A stretch of 42,769 bases of DNA from Solirubrobacterales bacterium (lineage in GTDB: Bacteria; Actinomycetota; Thermoleophilia; Solirubrobacterales; 70-9). The stretch is taken from assembly GCA_050697195.1 (NCBI GenBank), contig JBOGZL010000404.1:1-42769 (forward strand), in the 5' to 3' direction. Positions 1 through 8,940 of this stretch are shown here, one piece after another (position 1 is the stretch's first letter; the number at the start of each line of letters is the position of its first letter). The position numbers and the translations under genes are program-made. The notes under the pieces were generated by a model that was not told the DNA's origin, made no database searches, and saw only the letters and a list, made by a program, of their open reading frames with translations.

Positions 1-1658
1 TGCTCGAGACGACCTGGACGACGGGCGAAGGGTGGCTGGTCGTCCACGACGCGCTCGTGATCGGGGAGTGGCGCGACGACGCCGGCCACCGGCACGCCCG
101 CCCGCCGAGCGGCCACGACGCCGAGGGGATCCTCGTTCGGATCGCCGAGTGCGTCGAGGGCGAGGTGGAGGTCGAGATGGTGTGCGACCTCGCCCACGAG
201 TACGGGCTCGACGCCGCGTCGTGGTCCGCCGACGGCGCCCACGCCGCCGAGACCAGGGGCGAGGGGGCGCACCTGCACCTGGTCGCAGACCTCGAGCTCG
301 ACGTCGACGGCGGCCGGGCGACGGCGCGGCGCGCGCTGCGCAAGGGCGAGGCGTGCTTCTGCGCGGTGGGCTGGGGCGGGCGCGACGAGATGCCCGCGAC
401 CCTCGACGACGCGCGCGCCCGGCTCGACGTCACGCTCGTCTTCTGGCGAAAGTGGCTGACCGACGGCGAGTTCCCCGACCATCCGTGGCGGATCCACCTG
501 ATGCGCTCGGCGCTCGTGCTGAAGGGACTCACCTACGCGCCGACGGGAGCCGTGATCGCAGCCGCCACGACCTCGCTCCCGGAGGCGCCCGGCGGGGAGC
601 GGAACTGGGACTACCGCTACTCGTGGATCCGCGACTCCACCTTCGCGCTCTGGGGCCTTCACACGCTCGGCTTCGACGCCGAGGCGACCGACTTCCTCGC
701 CTTCGTCGCGGAGATCTGCCGCGCGGAGGGGCCCGAGGTCCAGATCATGTACGGGATCGACGGCGAGAAGGACCTCCCCGAGCGTGAGCTCGAGCATCTG
801 AGCGGCTACGAGGGCGCCCGCCCGGTGCGGGTAGGCAACGCCGCCCACACCCAGCGCCAGAACGACGTCTTCGGGGCGCTCCTCGACGGCGTCTACATCC
901 ACAGCAAGGAGCACGGGGTGAGCGACGAGCTGTGGGAGGTCGTCGCCGACCAGGTCGAGGGCGCGGTCCGCTACTGGCGCGAGCCCGACCAGGGAATCTG
1001 GGAGGCGCGCGGGCGGCCGAGGCACTACGTGTCCTCGAAGCTGATGTGCTGGGTGGCGCTCAACCGCGGCTTCCGGCTCGCCGAGGACCGCGGCGAGGAG
1101 GAGCGGGCGGCGCGGTGGGCCGGGATCGCCGACGAGATCCAGGCGGACATCCTCGAGCACGGAGTGAGCGAGCGCGGGGTGTTCCGCCAGCACTACGACA
1201 CGGACGCGCTCGACGCCTCGACCCTGCTCGTGCCGCTCGTCCGCTTCCTCCCCGCGGGCGACGAGCGCGTCCGCTCGACCGTGCTCGCGATCGCCGACGA
1301 GCTCACCGAGGGCGGGCTCGTCCTGCGCTACCGGGTCGAGCACACCGACGACGGGCTGTCGGGCGAGGAGGGCACGTTCACGATCTGCTCCTTCTGGCTC
1401 GTCTCCGCGATGTCGGAGATCGGCGAGCCCGCCCGCGCGCGGGCGCTGTGCGAGCGCCTCCTCGGGCTCGCCGGGGCGCTGCGCCTCTACGCGGAGGAGA
1501 TCGAGCCGCGGAGCGGGCGCCACCTCGGCAACTTCCCGCAGGGGTTCACCCACCTGGCGCTGATCAACGCCGTCTCGCACGTGATCGCGGACGAGCTAGC
1601 GCCCCGCGAGCCGGATCAGGCGACCGCGGTGTTCAGCGAGATCAGGGCGCTTCGGTAG
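1..1658 (+). CDS. glycoside hydrolase family 15 protein (glucoamylase/trehalase type); 5' end lies outside the window
   Basis: The frame is open from nt 3 (LETTWTTGEGWLVVHDAL...) into ORF 57..1658. ERNWDYRYSWIRDSTFALWGL and the C-terminal barrel-like half are typical of GH15. Confidence 0.85.
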   Translation, partial: LETTWTTGEGWLVVHDALVIGEWRDDAGHRHARPPSGHDAEGILVRIAECVEGEVEVEMVCDLAHEYGLDAASWSADGAHAAETRGEGAHLHLVADLELDVDGGRATARRALRKGEACFCAVGWGGRDEMPATLDDARARLDVTLVFWRKWLTDGEFPDHPWRIHLMRSALVLKGLTYAPTGAVIAAATTSLPEAPGGERNWDYRYSWIRDSTFALWGLHTLGFDAEATDFLAFVAEICRAEGPEVQIMYGIDGEKDLPERELEHLSGYEGARPVRVGNAAHTQRQNDVFGALLDGVYIHSKEHGVSDELWEVVADQVEGAVRYWREPDQGIWEARGRPRHYVSSKLMCWVALNRGFRLAEDRGEEERAARWAGIADEIQADILEHGVSERGVFRQHYDTDALDASTLLVPLVRFLPAGDERVRSTVLAIADELTEGGLVLRYRVEHTDDGLSGEEGTFTICSFWLVSAMSEIGEPARARALCERLLGLAGALRLYAEEIEPRSGRHLGNFPQGFTHLALINAVSHVIADELAPREPDQATAVFSEIRALR

Positions 1659-1890
1659 AGCCAGGGCCCGGGCGGCTCTCGCCCGAGACGTGGAAGCTCA
1701 CGTACCAGAGCAGGTGCCTGGCGGCGTTCAGTCCGTGCACGGCGGGACTCAGGAACCTCCTCATCGGCGACCGAATCCTACCCCCGGGGGTGGACTCGAG
1801 ATCGGCCGCCGGCGCGGCAATCCCCGCATATTGGGCATGCGAGAGCGGTGCGGGGAGGCGGATCTTTCCCGGCTCCTACACTCTTCGCGC

Positions 1891-3138
1891 ATGCAGGTCG
1901 GGATCGTCGGGCTCGGGTACGTGGGGCTTCCGCTCGCCGTCGCGTTCGCGGAGGCGGGCCACGACGTGGTCGGCCTCGACGCGGACCCGCGCGTGGTGGA
2001 GAGGATCGGGGCCGGCGAGAGCACGGTCGAGGACGTTCCCGCACAGCGCCTCGCGGGGGTCATGCCCCGGCTGCGGGCGACGACGGATCACGCCGAGCTG
2101 GGCGGCTGCGACGCGGTTCTGATCTGCGTGCCGACCCCGCTCGCCAACCACCGCGAGCCCGACCTCACCTACCTCGTCGACGCGGCGACCGCGCTGTCGG
2201 GCGTCCTGCGCGAGGGCCAGCTCGTCGTGCTCGAGTCGACCACCTACCCCGGCACCACCAGGGAGCGGCTGATGCCGATCCTCGAGGAGTCGGGGCTCGC
2301 CGCCGGCCGCGACTTCCACCTCGCCTACTCGCCGGAGCGAATCGATCCGGGTCGCACCGACTACACGATCCGCACGACCCCGAAGGTCGTCGGGGGGCTG
2401 ACCGACGCGTGCCGCGACCGCGCGGTGGCGGTCTACGAGGAGGTGTGCGACGAGGTCGTCCCGGTGTCCACGCCCGAGGCCGCCGAGCTCGGGAAGCTGC
2501 TCGAGAACATCTTCCGCTCGGTCAACATCGCGCTCGTCAACGAGCTCGCGATGCTCTGCGACCGGATGGACATCGACGTCTGGGAGGTCGTCGACGCGGC
2601 GGCGACGAAGCCGTTCGGGTTCATGCGCTTCGATCCCGGCCCCGGGATGGGCGGACACTGCCTCCCGGTCGACCCCTTCTACCTCGCGTTCAAGGCCCGC
2701 GAGCACGACTTCTACACCGAGTTCATCGAGCTCGCCGGGAAGATCAACCAGAACCAGCCCCAGTTCTGCGTCCGAAAGATCGAGCGCACCCTGAACGAGG
2801 TCGAAAAGCCGGTCAACGGTTCGCGGATCCTGCTCCTCGGGGTCGCGTACAAGGCCGGCGTCGCCGACCTGCGCGAGTCGCCGGCGCTGAAGATCATCCG
2901 CCTGCTCCGCGATCTCGGCGCCGAGCTCGCCTACCACGATCCCCACGTCGCGGCGCTCCCCGAGCTCGACCTGCGATCCACCGACCTCGACGAGGAGCTC
3001 GCCCGCGCCGACCTCGTATGCGTGATCACCCCCCACCCCGAGATCGACTACCGCCGGGTGGTGACCGAGTCCGCGCTCGTGCTCGACTTCCGCGGCGTCA
3101 CGCGCGGGATCGAGGCCGGGAACCTTGTTCGGCTCTAG
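1891..3138 (+). CDS. nucleotide-sugar dehydrogenase (UDP-glucose/GDP-mannose dehydrogenase family, UDP-N-acetyl-hexosamine dehydrogenase-like)
   Basis: Internal ATG at 1891 gives MQVGIVGLGYVGLPLAVAF (Rossmann N-terminus). Catalytic-Cys motif GGHCLPVDP is present. The upstream part of ORF 1690..3138 is Arg/Pro/Gly-rich filler. Confidence 0.85.
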   Translation: MQVGIVGLGYVGLPLAVAFAEAGHDVVGLDADPRVVERIGAGESTVEDVPAQRLAGVMPRLRATTDHAELGGCDAVLICVPTPLANHREPDLTYLVDAATALSGVLREGQLVVLESTTYPGTTRERLMPILEESGLAAGRDFHLAYSPERIDPGRTDYTIRTTPKVVGGLTDACRDRAVAVYEEVCDEVVPVSTPEAAELGKLLENIFRSVNIALVNELAMLCDRMDIDVWEVVDAAATKPFGFMRFDPGPGMGGHCLPVDPFYLAFKAREHDFYTEFIELAGKINQNQPQFCVRKIERTLNEVEKPVNGSRILLLGVAYKAGVADLRESPALKIIRLLRDLGAELAYHDPHVAALPELDLRSTDLDEELARADLVCVITPHPEIDYRRVVTESALVLDFRGVTRGIEAGNLVRL

Positions 3139-3796
3139 GCGCCGGCGCTTCGGACGAGTTCGCGACGACCGGGTGACGGTCGGGCTCGCCGTGCTGGCGG
3201 TGGGGACGGCGGGAAGCGTGATCATCGCTGAGGTCGTTCGGCTCGCCCGCAGGCGAATCGGCGACCGCAACGGATCCGAGGGCGTCCTCGACACCGCCGA
3301 GCTCGCGATCGAGACAGCGGGCGAGGTGACGCGGGACACGTTCGCGGTCGCGATCGAGGGCTACGAGGCGGCGCCCCGCCGCGAGACGGTGCTGTTCAAC
3401 CTCCTGGCGGGCTTCGTGCTCTCGTTCGCGCTCGTCCGGCTCTCGACGCTCGGGATCCGCAGCGGATGGTGGCCGTTCGGAAACGTGCGCGTCGGCGGAC
3501 GCCACGTCCACCACTTCGTCCCCGGGATCCTGATCGCGTTCGGGTGCGGCGCCGCCGCGCTGGTGACCGAGAACGAGCGCCTCGAGACCGCGCTCGCCGG
3601 CCCGTTCGGCGCCGGGATCGGGCTCACGTTCGACGAGGCGGCGCTGCTGCTCGACCTCCGCGACGTGTACTGGACACGGGAGGGGCTGCTGAGCGTCCAG
3701 GTCAGCCTCGGGCTCTCCGCGCTGCTCGGCGGGACGATCATCGCCCTGCGGATGCTGCGCCGCGGCGAGCAGCGGCTGGACCCGCCTACCGCTTGA
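3125..3796 (+). CDS. hypothetical integral membrane protein
   Basis: Several hydrophobic segments (VGLAVLAVGTAGSVIIA, LLAGFVLSFALV, GILIAFGCGAAALV, LGLSALLGGTIIAL). No family recognised. Start uncertain: TTG at 3125 or GTG at 3173. Confidence 0.5.
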   Translation: MFGSRRRRFGRVRDDRVTVGLAVLAVGTAGSVIIAEVVRLARRRIGDRNGSEGVLDTAELAIETAGEVTRDTFAVAIEGYEAAPRRETVLFNLLAGFVLSFALVRLSTLGIRSGWWPFGNVRVGGRHVHHFVPGILIAFGCGAAALVTENERLETALAGPFGAGIGLTFDEAALLLDLRDVYWTREGLLSVQVSLGLSALLGGTIIALRMLRRGEQRLDPPTA

Positions 3797-4523
3797 CCCG
3801 GTAGCGGGTGAAGAGCTCGCCCTCGTCGGCGAGCAGCCGCACGAGCTCGAGCTCGGCGGGGTCCCCGATCCCGTTCTCGAGCAGCCCGGGGCCCTCGTTG
3901 CGGGCGAGCTTCGGCGCGAGCGTGACGAACATCTCGTCCACGAGCCCCGCCTCGACGAGGTTGCCGTGCAGGTGGGGTCCGCCCTCGCACAGAAGCGCGC
4001 GCACGCCGTGCTCGTGGCGCAGCAGCGCCATCGCCCGTGGGAGGTCCACCCGGCCCTCGAATCGCTCCACCTCGACCGGGGTCGCGGTCTCCGGGACCTC
4101 GTCGTCGCTCGAGGCGAGGACCAGGACGCGGCCGGAGCCGGAGGTGAACACGCCGGCGTCCCAGGGAAGGTCGAGGCTGTCGGTGAGGATCACCGCGAGG
4201 GGATCGGGGGCGAGGCCCTCGGCGCGCTCACGCAGCTCGCGCAGCTCGGGATCGGGAACGACCCGCCCGTAGCGCTCCACCCGCACGGTGCCCGCTCCGA
4301 CCATCACGGCGTCGACCTGCGTCCGCAGCAGGTGGAGGACCTCGCTGTCGGTCGCACCCGCGATCGGCCCCGACCGGCCGTGGAGGGTCGCTCGGCCGTC
4401 GAGGGTGAGGGCGAAGTTCGTCACCACGTACGGGCGGTCGGGGTGCGCCCGGTCGGGCAGCGCGAGGCCCGTGTACTGCTCTCGCGCGGTCGTCGCCCCG
4501 CGCTCGGGGAAAAGGCGTTCCAC
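3786..4523 (-). CDS. RibD C-terminal domain / dihydrofolate reductase family protein (pyrimidine reductase-like)
   Basis: YVVTNFALTLDGRATL..., VDAVMVGAGTVRVERY and LLCEGGPHLHGNLVEAGLVDEMFVTLAPKL are typical of the RibD_C fold. GTG start overlaps the rpiB stop. Confidence 0.8.
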   Translation of the reverse strand: MERLFPERGATTAREQYTGLALPDRAHPDRPYVVTNFALTLDGRATLHGRSGPIAGATDSEVLHLLRTQVDAVMVGAGTVRVERYGRVVPDPELRELRERAEGLAPDPLAVILTDSLDLPWDAGVFTSGSGRVLVLASSDDEVPETATPVEVERFEGRVDLPRAMALLRHEHGVRALLCEGGPHLHGNLVEAGLVDEMFVTLAPKLARNEGPGLLENGIGDPAELELVRLLADEGELFTRYRVKR

Positions 4524-4975
4524 TACCCGTTTCGCTCGATCTCGCCCAGGTGCTCGACGTTGGCGCGATCGTCGGACTCAGGGCTCGGGGCGGCGTCGAA
4601 CCACGCGTCGAGGATCTCGGCGAGCTCGGCCTCGGAGGTGGCGCGGAGGCTGAGCGCGAGGACGTTCGCGTCGTTCCAGCGCCGCGCGCCGGCCGCGGTC
4701 GGCCCGTCCCCGCACAGCGCCGCGCGGATGCCGGTGACCTTGTTCGCGGCGATCGACGCTCCGGTGCCGGTCCAGCAGCACACGATCCCCTGCTCGGCGC
4801 GGCCCTCGGCGACGTCGCGGGCCGCCGTCTCGCTCGCCCACGCCCAGTCGTCGCGGTCGGCGTCAGAGAGCGCGCCGTGCGGGATCGGGTCGTGGCCGCG
4901 GCGGCGAAGCTCCTCGACCACGGCCTCCGCGATGCCGGCGCGCTCGTCGGCGGCGACGGAGATGCGCATCGCCAC
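4523..4975 (-). CDS. rpiB: ribose-5-phosphate isomerase B (RpiB/LacA/LacB family)
   Basis: 150 aa. GIVCCWTGTGASIAANKVTGIRAA matches the RpiB active-site region (canonical CGTGIGMSIAANK). Confidence 0.85.
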   Translation of the reverse strand: MAMRISVAADERAGIAEAVVEELRRRGHDPIPHGALSDADRDDWAWASETAARDVAEGRAEQGIVCCWTGTGASIAANKVTGIRAALCGDGPTAAGARRWNDANVLALSLRATSEAELAEILDAWFDAAPSPESDDRANVEHLGEIERNG

Positions 4976-5010
4976 AGGTTAGGGCGGTCGTACGCGCCGG
5001 GCCGAGCCGG

Positions 5011-5970
5011 CTACAGCTCCCATCCGAAGCGGCGGCCGGTGAGCGCCTCGAGCCGCTCGACGTCGGGCCGCAGGCGGCCCGCAAGCTCGACTCTCAGAGC
5101 GGCCGGGAGCTCGGGGCGCGCCGCGGCGGCGCCCTCGGGATCGTGGACGAGGCGCTCGACGAGCCACCGAAGTGACTCCGGTAGGCGGTCGAAGTTGCGG
5201 TCGAGCGCGCGCAGCCCTGGGAGGCGGACGGCGCGGTCCATGAGCCGGAAGCGGCCGGTGCGCTTCCCCGTCCCGGTCTCCCACTCGCGAGAGAAGTGCG
5301 CCGAGGAGAACGAGTCGTCGACGCCGAGGAAGCCGAACACCCGCCGCATCGTCTCATCGCGGCTGCGCTTCAGCTCCTCCTGGGTGACGAGCTCGACCCG
5401 CTCGCGTCCCACGTGCTCCAGGTAGGGCTCGAGCTGCATCGCGTACAGGCTGCGCTGGACGTAGGAGCTCGCGGGGTCGGCGAGCGCCGCCTCGAGCGAG
5501 CGGGTCTCGTACCCGCCGGCGACGTTGTGGAGGTAGTGCGACAGCGTGCGGTCGATCGGGTCGCGGACCATGTAGATCACCCGCGGCTCGGCGAGAACCG
5601 ACGCCATCCGGCCGGCGACGCCCGTAAAGCGCGGCAGGTTCGTGTAGTGCGGCGACGATTCGCCCCGGACCGCGGCGTCGCGACGGAAGTGGCTCGCGTA
5701 CCACCCGGCACCAAGCGGCCAGTTGAGCTCGGCGATGAAGAAGTTGAGCTCCTTGGGGCGCGACATCTGGACCTCGGGATGGAGGTCGAGGTAGTGATGA
5801 AGGCTCGTCGTCCCGCACTTCAGCCCCCCGATCACGACCAGGTTCGGCAGCGCGGCGCCTTGGAGCCTGCGGGTCGGGACCCGGGTGGCGCGACGTGATC
5901 GGAACCGCTCGCGTGCGCGCCGGACCATCGCGTCGTCCGCGGGATCCGCCGGGACGTGTGGGGGTGTCAT
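5011..5970 (-). CDS. sulfotransferase family protein
   Basis: NLVVIGGLKCGTTSLHHYL matches the 5'-PSB PAPS-binding loop. VIYMVRDPIDRTLSHY matches the 3'-PB region. Confidence 0.8.
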   Translation of the reverse strand: MTPPHVPADPADDAMVRRARERFRSRRATRVPTRRLQGAALPNLVVIGGLKCGTTSLHHYLDLHPEVQMSRPKELNFFIAELNWPLGAGWYASHFRRDAAVRGESSPHYTNLPRFTGVAGRMASVLAEPRVIYMVRDPIDRTLSHYLHNVAGGYETRSLEAALADPASSYVQRSLYAMQLEPYLEHVGRERVELVTQEELKRSRDETMRRVFGFLGVDDSFSSAHFSREWETGTGKRTGRFRLMDRAVRLPGLRALDRNFDRLPESLRWLVERLVHDPEGAAAARPELPAALRVELAGRLRPDVERLEALTGRRFGWEL

Positions 5971-5998
5971 CTCGGGCGAGGCGTTGCGGTGACGCCCA

Positions 5999-6688
5999 CT
6001 AGCTCGCGCCGAGCAGCTTCGCCGCCTCGCGGAGGTTCTTCACCTCGGCCGTGGGCGGCTTTCGGCCGTCGAGCTTCTCCCCGCCGCGGTTCACCCAGAT
6101 CACGGGGACGTTCATCTTCAAGAGCGGGGCGACGTCGCCGTCGTAGCCGGCGCCGATGTGCACCCAGCCCTTCTTGCCGCCGATCCGCCGCGCGGCCTCC
6201 TTGAAATGCGCCGGGTCGGGCTTGTAGCTGCGCACCTGCTGCGCGGTGACCACGAGGTCGAGGTCGGTGCGAAGGTGGCGGCGCGACAGCCCGAGCAGCT
6301 TGTCGTCGATGTTGGACACGATTCCGATCTCGTACTTCGACTTCAGGCGGTCCATCGCCGCGTTCGCCTCCCTGAACGGCTGCCAGTCGGGAACGCTGTC
6401 GGGGAGGAACTGCGCCCTGGACGGCTCGAGCTGCCATCCGAGCTCCTCCGCGACCTTCACCGCCGTGCGCCGCAGGACCTCGGCGTATAGCTCGTAGGAG
6501 CCGGCCATGATCTGCTCCTGGATCGGAAAGAAGCGCTCGAGCAGCTTCGACTCGTCGACGGTGAACCCGTCCTCGGCGGCCTCGGCGTTGAACGCGTCGA
6601 CGATCCCCTTCTCCCAGTCGATCAGGGTTCCGTAGCAGTCCGTGGTCACCCACTTCGCTTCCTTCTTGACCTCGCGCGGAAGGGCCAT
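5999..6688 (-). CDS. HAD-superfamily hydrolase (haloacid dehalogenase type II-like)
   Basis: Motif I TTDCYGTL, VSNID, and SYKPD (motif III Lys). Confidence 0.75.
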   Translation of the reverse strand: MALPREVKKEAKWVTTDCYGTLIDWEKGIVDAFNAEAAEDGFTVDESKLLERFFPIQEQIMAGSYELYAEVLRRTAVKVAEELGWQLEPSRAQFLPDSVPDWQPFREANAAMDRLKSKYEIGIVSNIDDKLLGLSRRHLRTDLDLVVTAQQVRSYKPDPAHFKEAARRIGGKKGWVHIGAGYDGDVAPLLKMNVPVIWVNRGGEKLDGRKPPTAEVKNLREAAKLLGAS

Positions 6689-6804
6689 AGGGCCGCGGCA
6701 TTATGCCAAGCCGCACCTGTCGGCGGCTCAAATCCCGCTCGGAGCGGGAATTCGTGCCCGTCACGCCTGCGGCGGTCGTCGGATAGGCTCACGACCCCCG
6801 CCGG

Positions 6805-7959
6805 ATGGACCTACTCGAGTACCAGGGAAAGCAGCTCTTCGCCGCGCACGGGATCCCCGTCCCCGAGGGGCGGCCCGCCGAGACCGTGGACGATGCGGTC
6901 GCCGGCGCCGAGGAGGTCGGCTATCCGTGCGTGATCAAGGCCCAGGTCCAGATCGGCGGGCGCGGCAAGGCGGGCGGGATCAAGATCGCGGAGGACGCCG
7001 ACGAGGCGCGCGAGCATGCCTCGGCGATCCTCGGGATGGAGATTCGCGGCCCGCGCGGGGAGGGACCGTTCACCGTCCACGAGGTGTGGGTGGAGCGCGC
7101 CTCGGACATCGACGCGGAGTACTACGCCTCGATCATCCTCGACCGCTCGGCGAAGAAGGTGATGACGATGCTGTCGGCGATGGGCGGGATGAACGTCGAG
7201 GAGATCGCGGAGAAGGACCCCGGGGCGCTCGTGAAGCGCTACGTGGAGCCGAACGGCGGCTTCGACGCCAAGCGCGGATCCGAGCTCGCCTCCGACGCGG
7301 GGCTCGACGAGGACGTCGTGGGCCCGGCCGGCGAGGCGATGGCGAAGCTCTACGAGATGTTCAACGCCGCCGACGCCACGCTGGTCGAGGTCAACCCGCT
7401 GATCGCGACCTCGGACCGCCGGATCGTCGCCCTCGACTCGAAGGTGACGATCGACAACAACGCCCTCTATCGCCACGAGGAGATCGCCGAGCTTCGCAAC
7501 CCGGCCGACGAGGACCCCCAGGAGGCGATGGCGAAGGAACGGGGGCTCACGTACGTGAAGCTCGACGGCAACGTCGGGATCCTCGGAAACGGCGCCGGGC
7601 TGTGCATGTCCACGCTCGACGTCGTCGCCCAGGCGGGGGGCCGCCCGGCGAACTTCCTCGATGCGGGCGGCGGCTCGAAGGCCGAGGCGATCGTCGACGC
7701 GCTCGAGGTGATCACCTCGGACGAGAAGGTCACCGCGCTGCTGTTCAACATCTTCGGCGGTATCACCCGCTGCGACGAGATCGCGAAGGGGATCATCGAG
7801 GCCTACGAGCGGATCGAGATCGACGTCCCCGTCGTCGTGCGCCTCGACGGCACGAACTCGGAGCAGGGCCTGGGGCTGCTCGCCGACGCCGACCTCCCGA
7901 ACCTCCACGTGGAGAAGACGATGCTCGGAGCCGCCGAGCGGGTCGTGGAGCTGGCCTGA
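6805..7959 (+). CDS. sucC: succinate--CoA ligase (ADP-forming) beta subunit
   Basis: MDLLEYQGKQLFAAHGIPVP..., ATP-grasp region, and GNVGILGNGAGLCMSTLD. Confidence 0.95.
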   Translation: MDLLEYQGKQLFAAHGIPVPEGRPAETVDDAVAGAEEVGYPCVIKAQVQIGGRGKAGGIKIAEDADEAREHASAILGMEIRGPRGEGPFTVHEVWVERASDIDAEYYASIILDRSAKKVMTMLSAMGGMNVEEIAEKDPGALVKRYVEPNGGFDAKRGSELASDAGLDEDVVGPAGEAMAKLYEMFNAADATLVEVNPLIATSDRRIVALDSKVTIDNNALYRHEEIAELRNPADEDPQEAMAKERGLTYVKLDGNVGILGNGAGLCMSTLDVVAQAGGRPANFLDAGGGSKAEAIVDALEVITSDEKVTALLFNIFGGITRCDEIAKGIIEAYERIEIDVPVVVRLDGTNSEQGLGLLADADLPNLHVEKTMLGAAERVVELA

Positions 7960-8837
7960 TGTCGATCCTCGTCGGGGAAGACACGAAGCTGGTGATCTCC
8001 GGCCTGACCGGCCGCGAGGGGAGCTTCCACGGGCTTCGCAACCGCGAGTACGGCACCGACGTCGTCGCCGGCGTGACGCCGAAGAAGGGCGGCCAGGACG
8101 TCGAGGGGATCCCGATCTTCGACACGATCGCCGAGGCGGTGCAGCAGCGCGACGCGAACACCTCGATGATCTTCGTGCCCGCGCGGTTCGCCGGCGCGGC
8201 GATGGAGGAGGCGATCGACGCCGGGATCGAGACGGTGATCGCGATCACCGAGGGAATCCCGGTCCACGACATGCTGCGCGTCTACTGGCGCGCGAAGGAG
8301 GCCGGCGTGCGGCTGATCGGCCCCAACTGCCCCGGCGTGCTCTCCCCCGGAAAGGCGAACGTCGGGATCATTCCCGCCCACTTCTTCGAGCATGGATCGG
8401 TCGGTGTCGTCTCCCGCTCCGGCACGCTCACCTACCAGATCGGCAACGAGCTCGCCCACGCCGGCGTCGGCAACTCCTCGATCGTCGGGATGGGCGGCGA
8501 CCCGATCGTGGGCTCGGACTTCATCGACATCATCGGGTGTTTCGAGGCCGACGACGAGACCGAGCTGATCGTGATGGTGGGCGAGATCGGCGGCGACGCC
8601 GAGGAGCGCGCGGCCGAGTTCATCGCGGAGAAGGTCACGAAGCCGGTCGTCGCCTACATCGCCGGATTCACCGCCCCGCCCGGCAAGCAGATGGGCCACG
8701 CCGGAGCGATCATCTCCGGCTCGTCGGGCACCGCCGAGGCGAAGGCCGAGGCGCTCGAGGCGAAGGGCGTGCGCGTCGGCCGCAACCCGACCGAGACCGC
8801 GAAGCTCGCGGTCGAGGCGGTCGGGGCGCGGGCGTAG
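7959..8837 (+). CDS. sucD: succinate--CoA ligase alpha subunit
   Basis: ATG at 7959 overlaps the sucC TGA (TGATG). MSILVGEDTKLVISGLTGREGSFH, SRSGTLTY, and the phospho-His region MGHAGAIISG. The upstream part of ORF 6642..8837 is an artefact. Confidence 0.95.
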   Translation: MSILVGEDTKLVISGLTGREGSFHGLRNREYGTDVVAGVTPKKGGQDVEGIPIFDTIAEAVQQRDANTSMIFVPARFAGAAMEEAIDAGIETVIAITEGIPVHDMLRVYWRAKEAGVRLIGPNCPGVLSPGKANVGIIPAHFFEHGSVGVVSRSGTLTYQIGNELAHAGVGNSSIVGMGGDPIVGSDFIDIIGCFEADDETELIVMVGEIGGDAEERAAEFIAEKVTKPVVAYIAGFTAPPGKQMGHAGAIISGSSGTAEAKAEALEAKGVRVGRNPTETAKLAVEAVGARA

Positions 8838-8858
8838 GCGTCACTCACGCCTGGCGAG

Positions 8859-8901
8859 GCGCCCGAGGTCGGGCGCGATGAGCGTTTGATGAGCGCCCGA
8901 C
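8859..8901 (+). terminator. GC-rich hairpin(s) after sucD; possible I-shaped terminator with two alternative pairings
   Basis: GCGCCCGA (8859-8866), its complement TCGGGCGC (8869-8876), and GCGCCCGA again (8893-8900). A 9-bp stem is possible between 8868-8876 and 8893-8901. No U-tract. Confidence 0.35.
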
Positions 8902-8940
8902 GGTACAAGGGTTCTCCCAGCGCACCATGGGAGGACAGCG

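Noticed and set aside
32-2122. Alternate-frame ORFs 32..787 and 932..2122 overlapping the GH15 gene.
   Set aside because: They are Arg/Pro-rich nonsense translations, and the GH15 frame carries the conserved motifs.
6774-6796. GGTCGT-N11-ACGACC inverted repeat containing TAGGCT upstream of sucC, considered as an IdeR box. Also the 7-bp hairpin TCCCGCT-CGG-AGCGGGA at about 6733-6749.
   Set aside because: The arms are short and resemble the IdeR consensus (TTAGGTTAGGCTAACCTAA) poorly. Such short GC-rich palindromes are expected by chance in this composition.
6642-7958. N-terminal 439 codons of ORF 6642..8837 (and the analogous 5' extensions of ORFs 18224..20287, 33845..34849, 35472..36827, 36026..37822, 39904..41856, 40638..42725, 14614..16269, 13388..14830).
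   Set aside because: In each case only the 3' part matches a protein family. That part begins at an internal ATG/GTG placed at or overlapping the stop of the upstream gene. The extensions overlap other well-supported genes.
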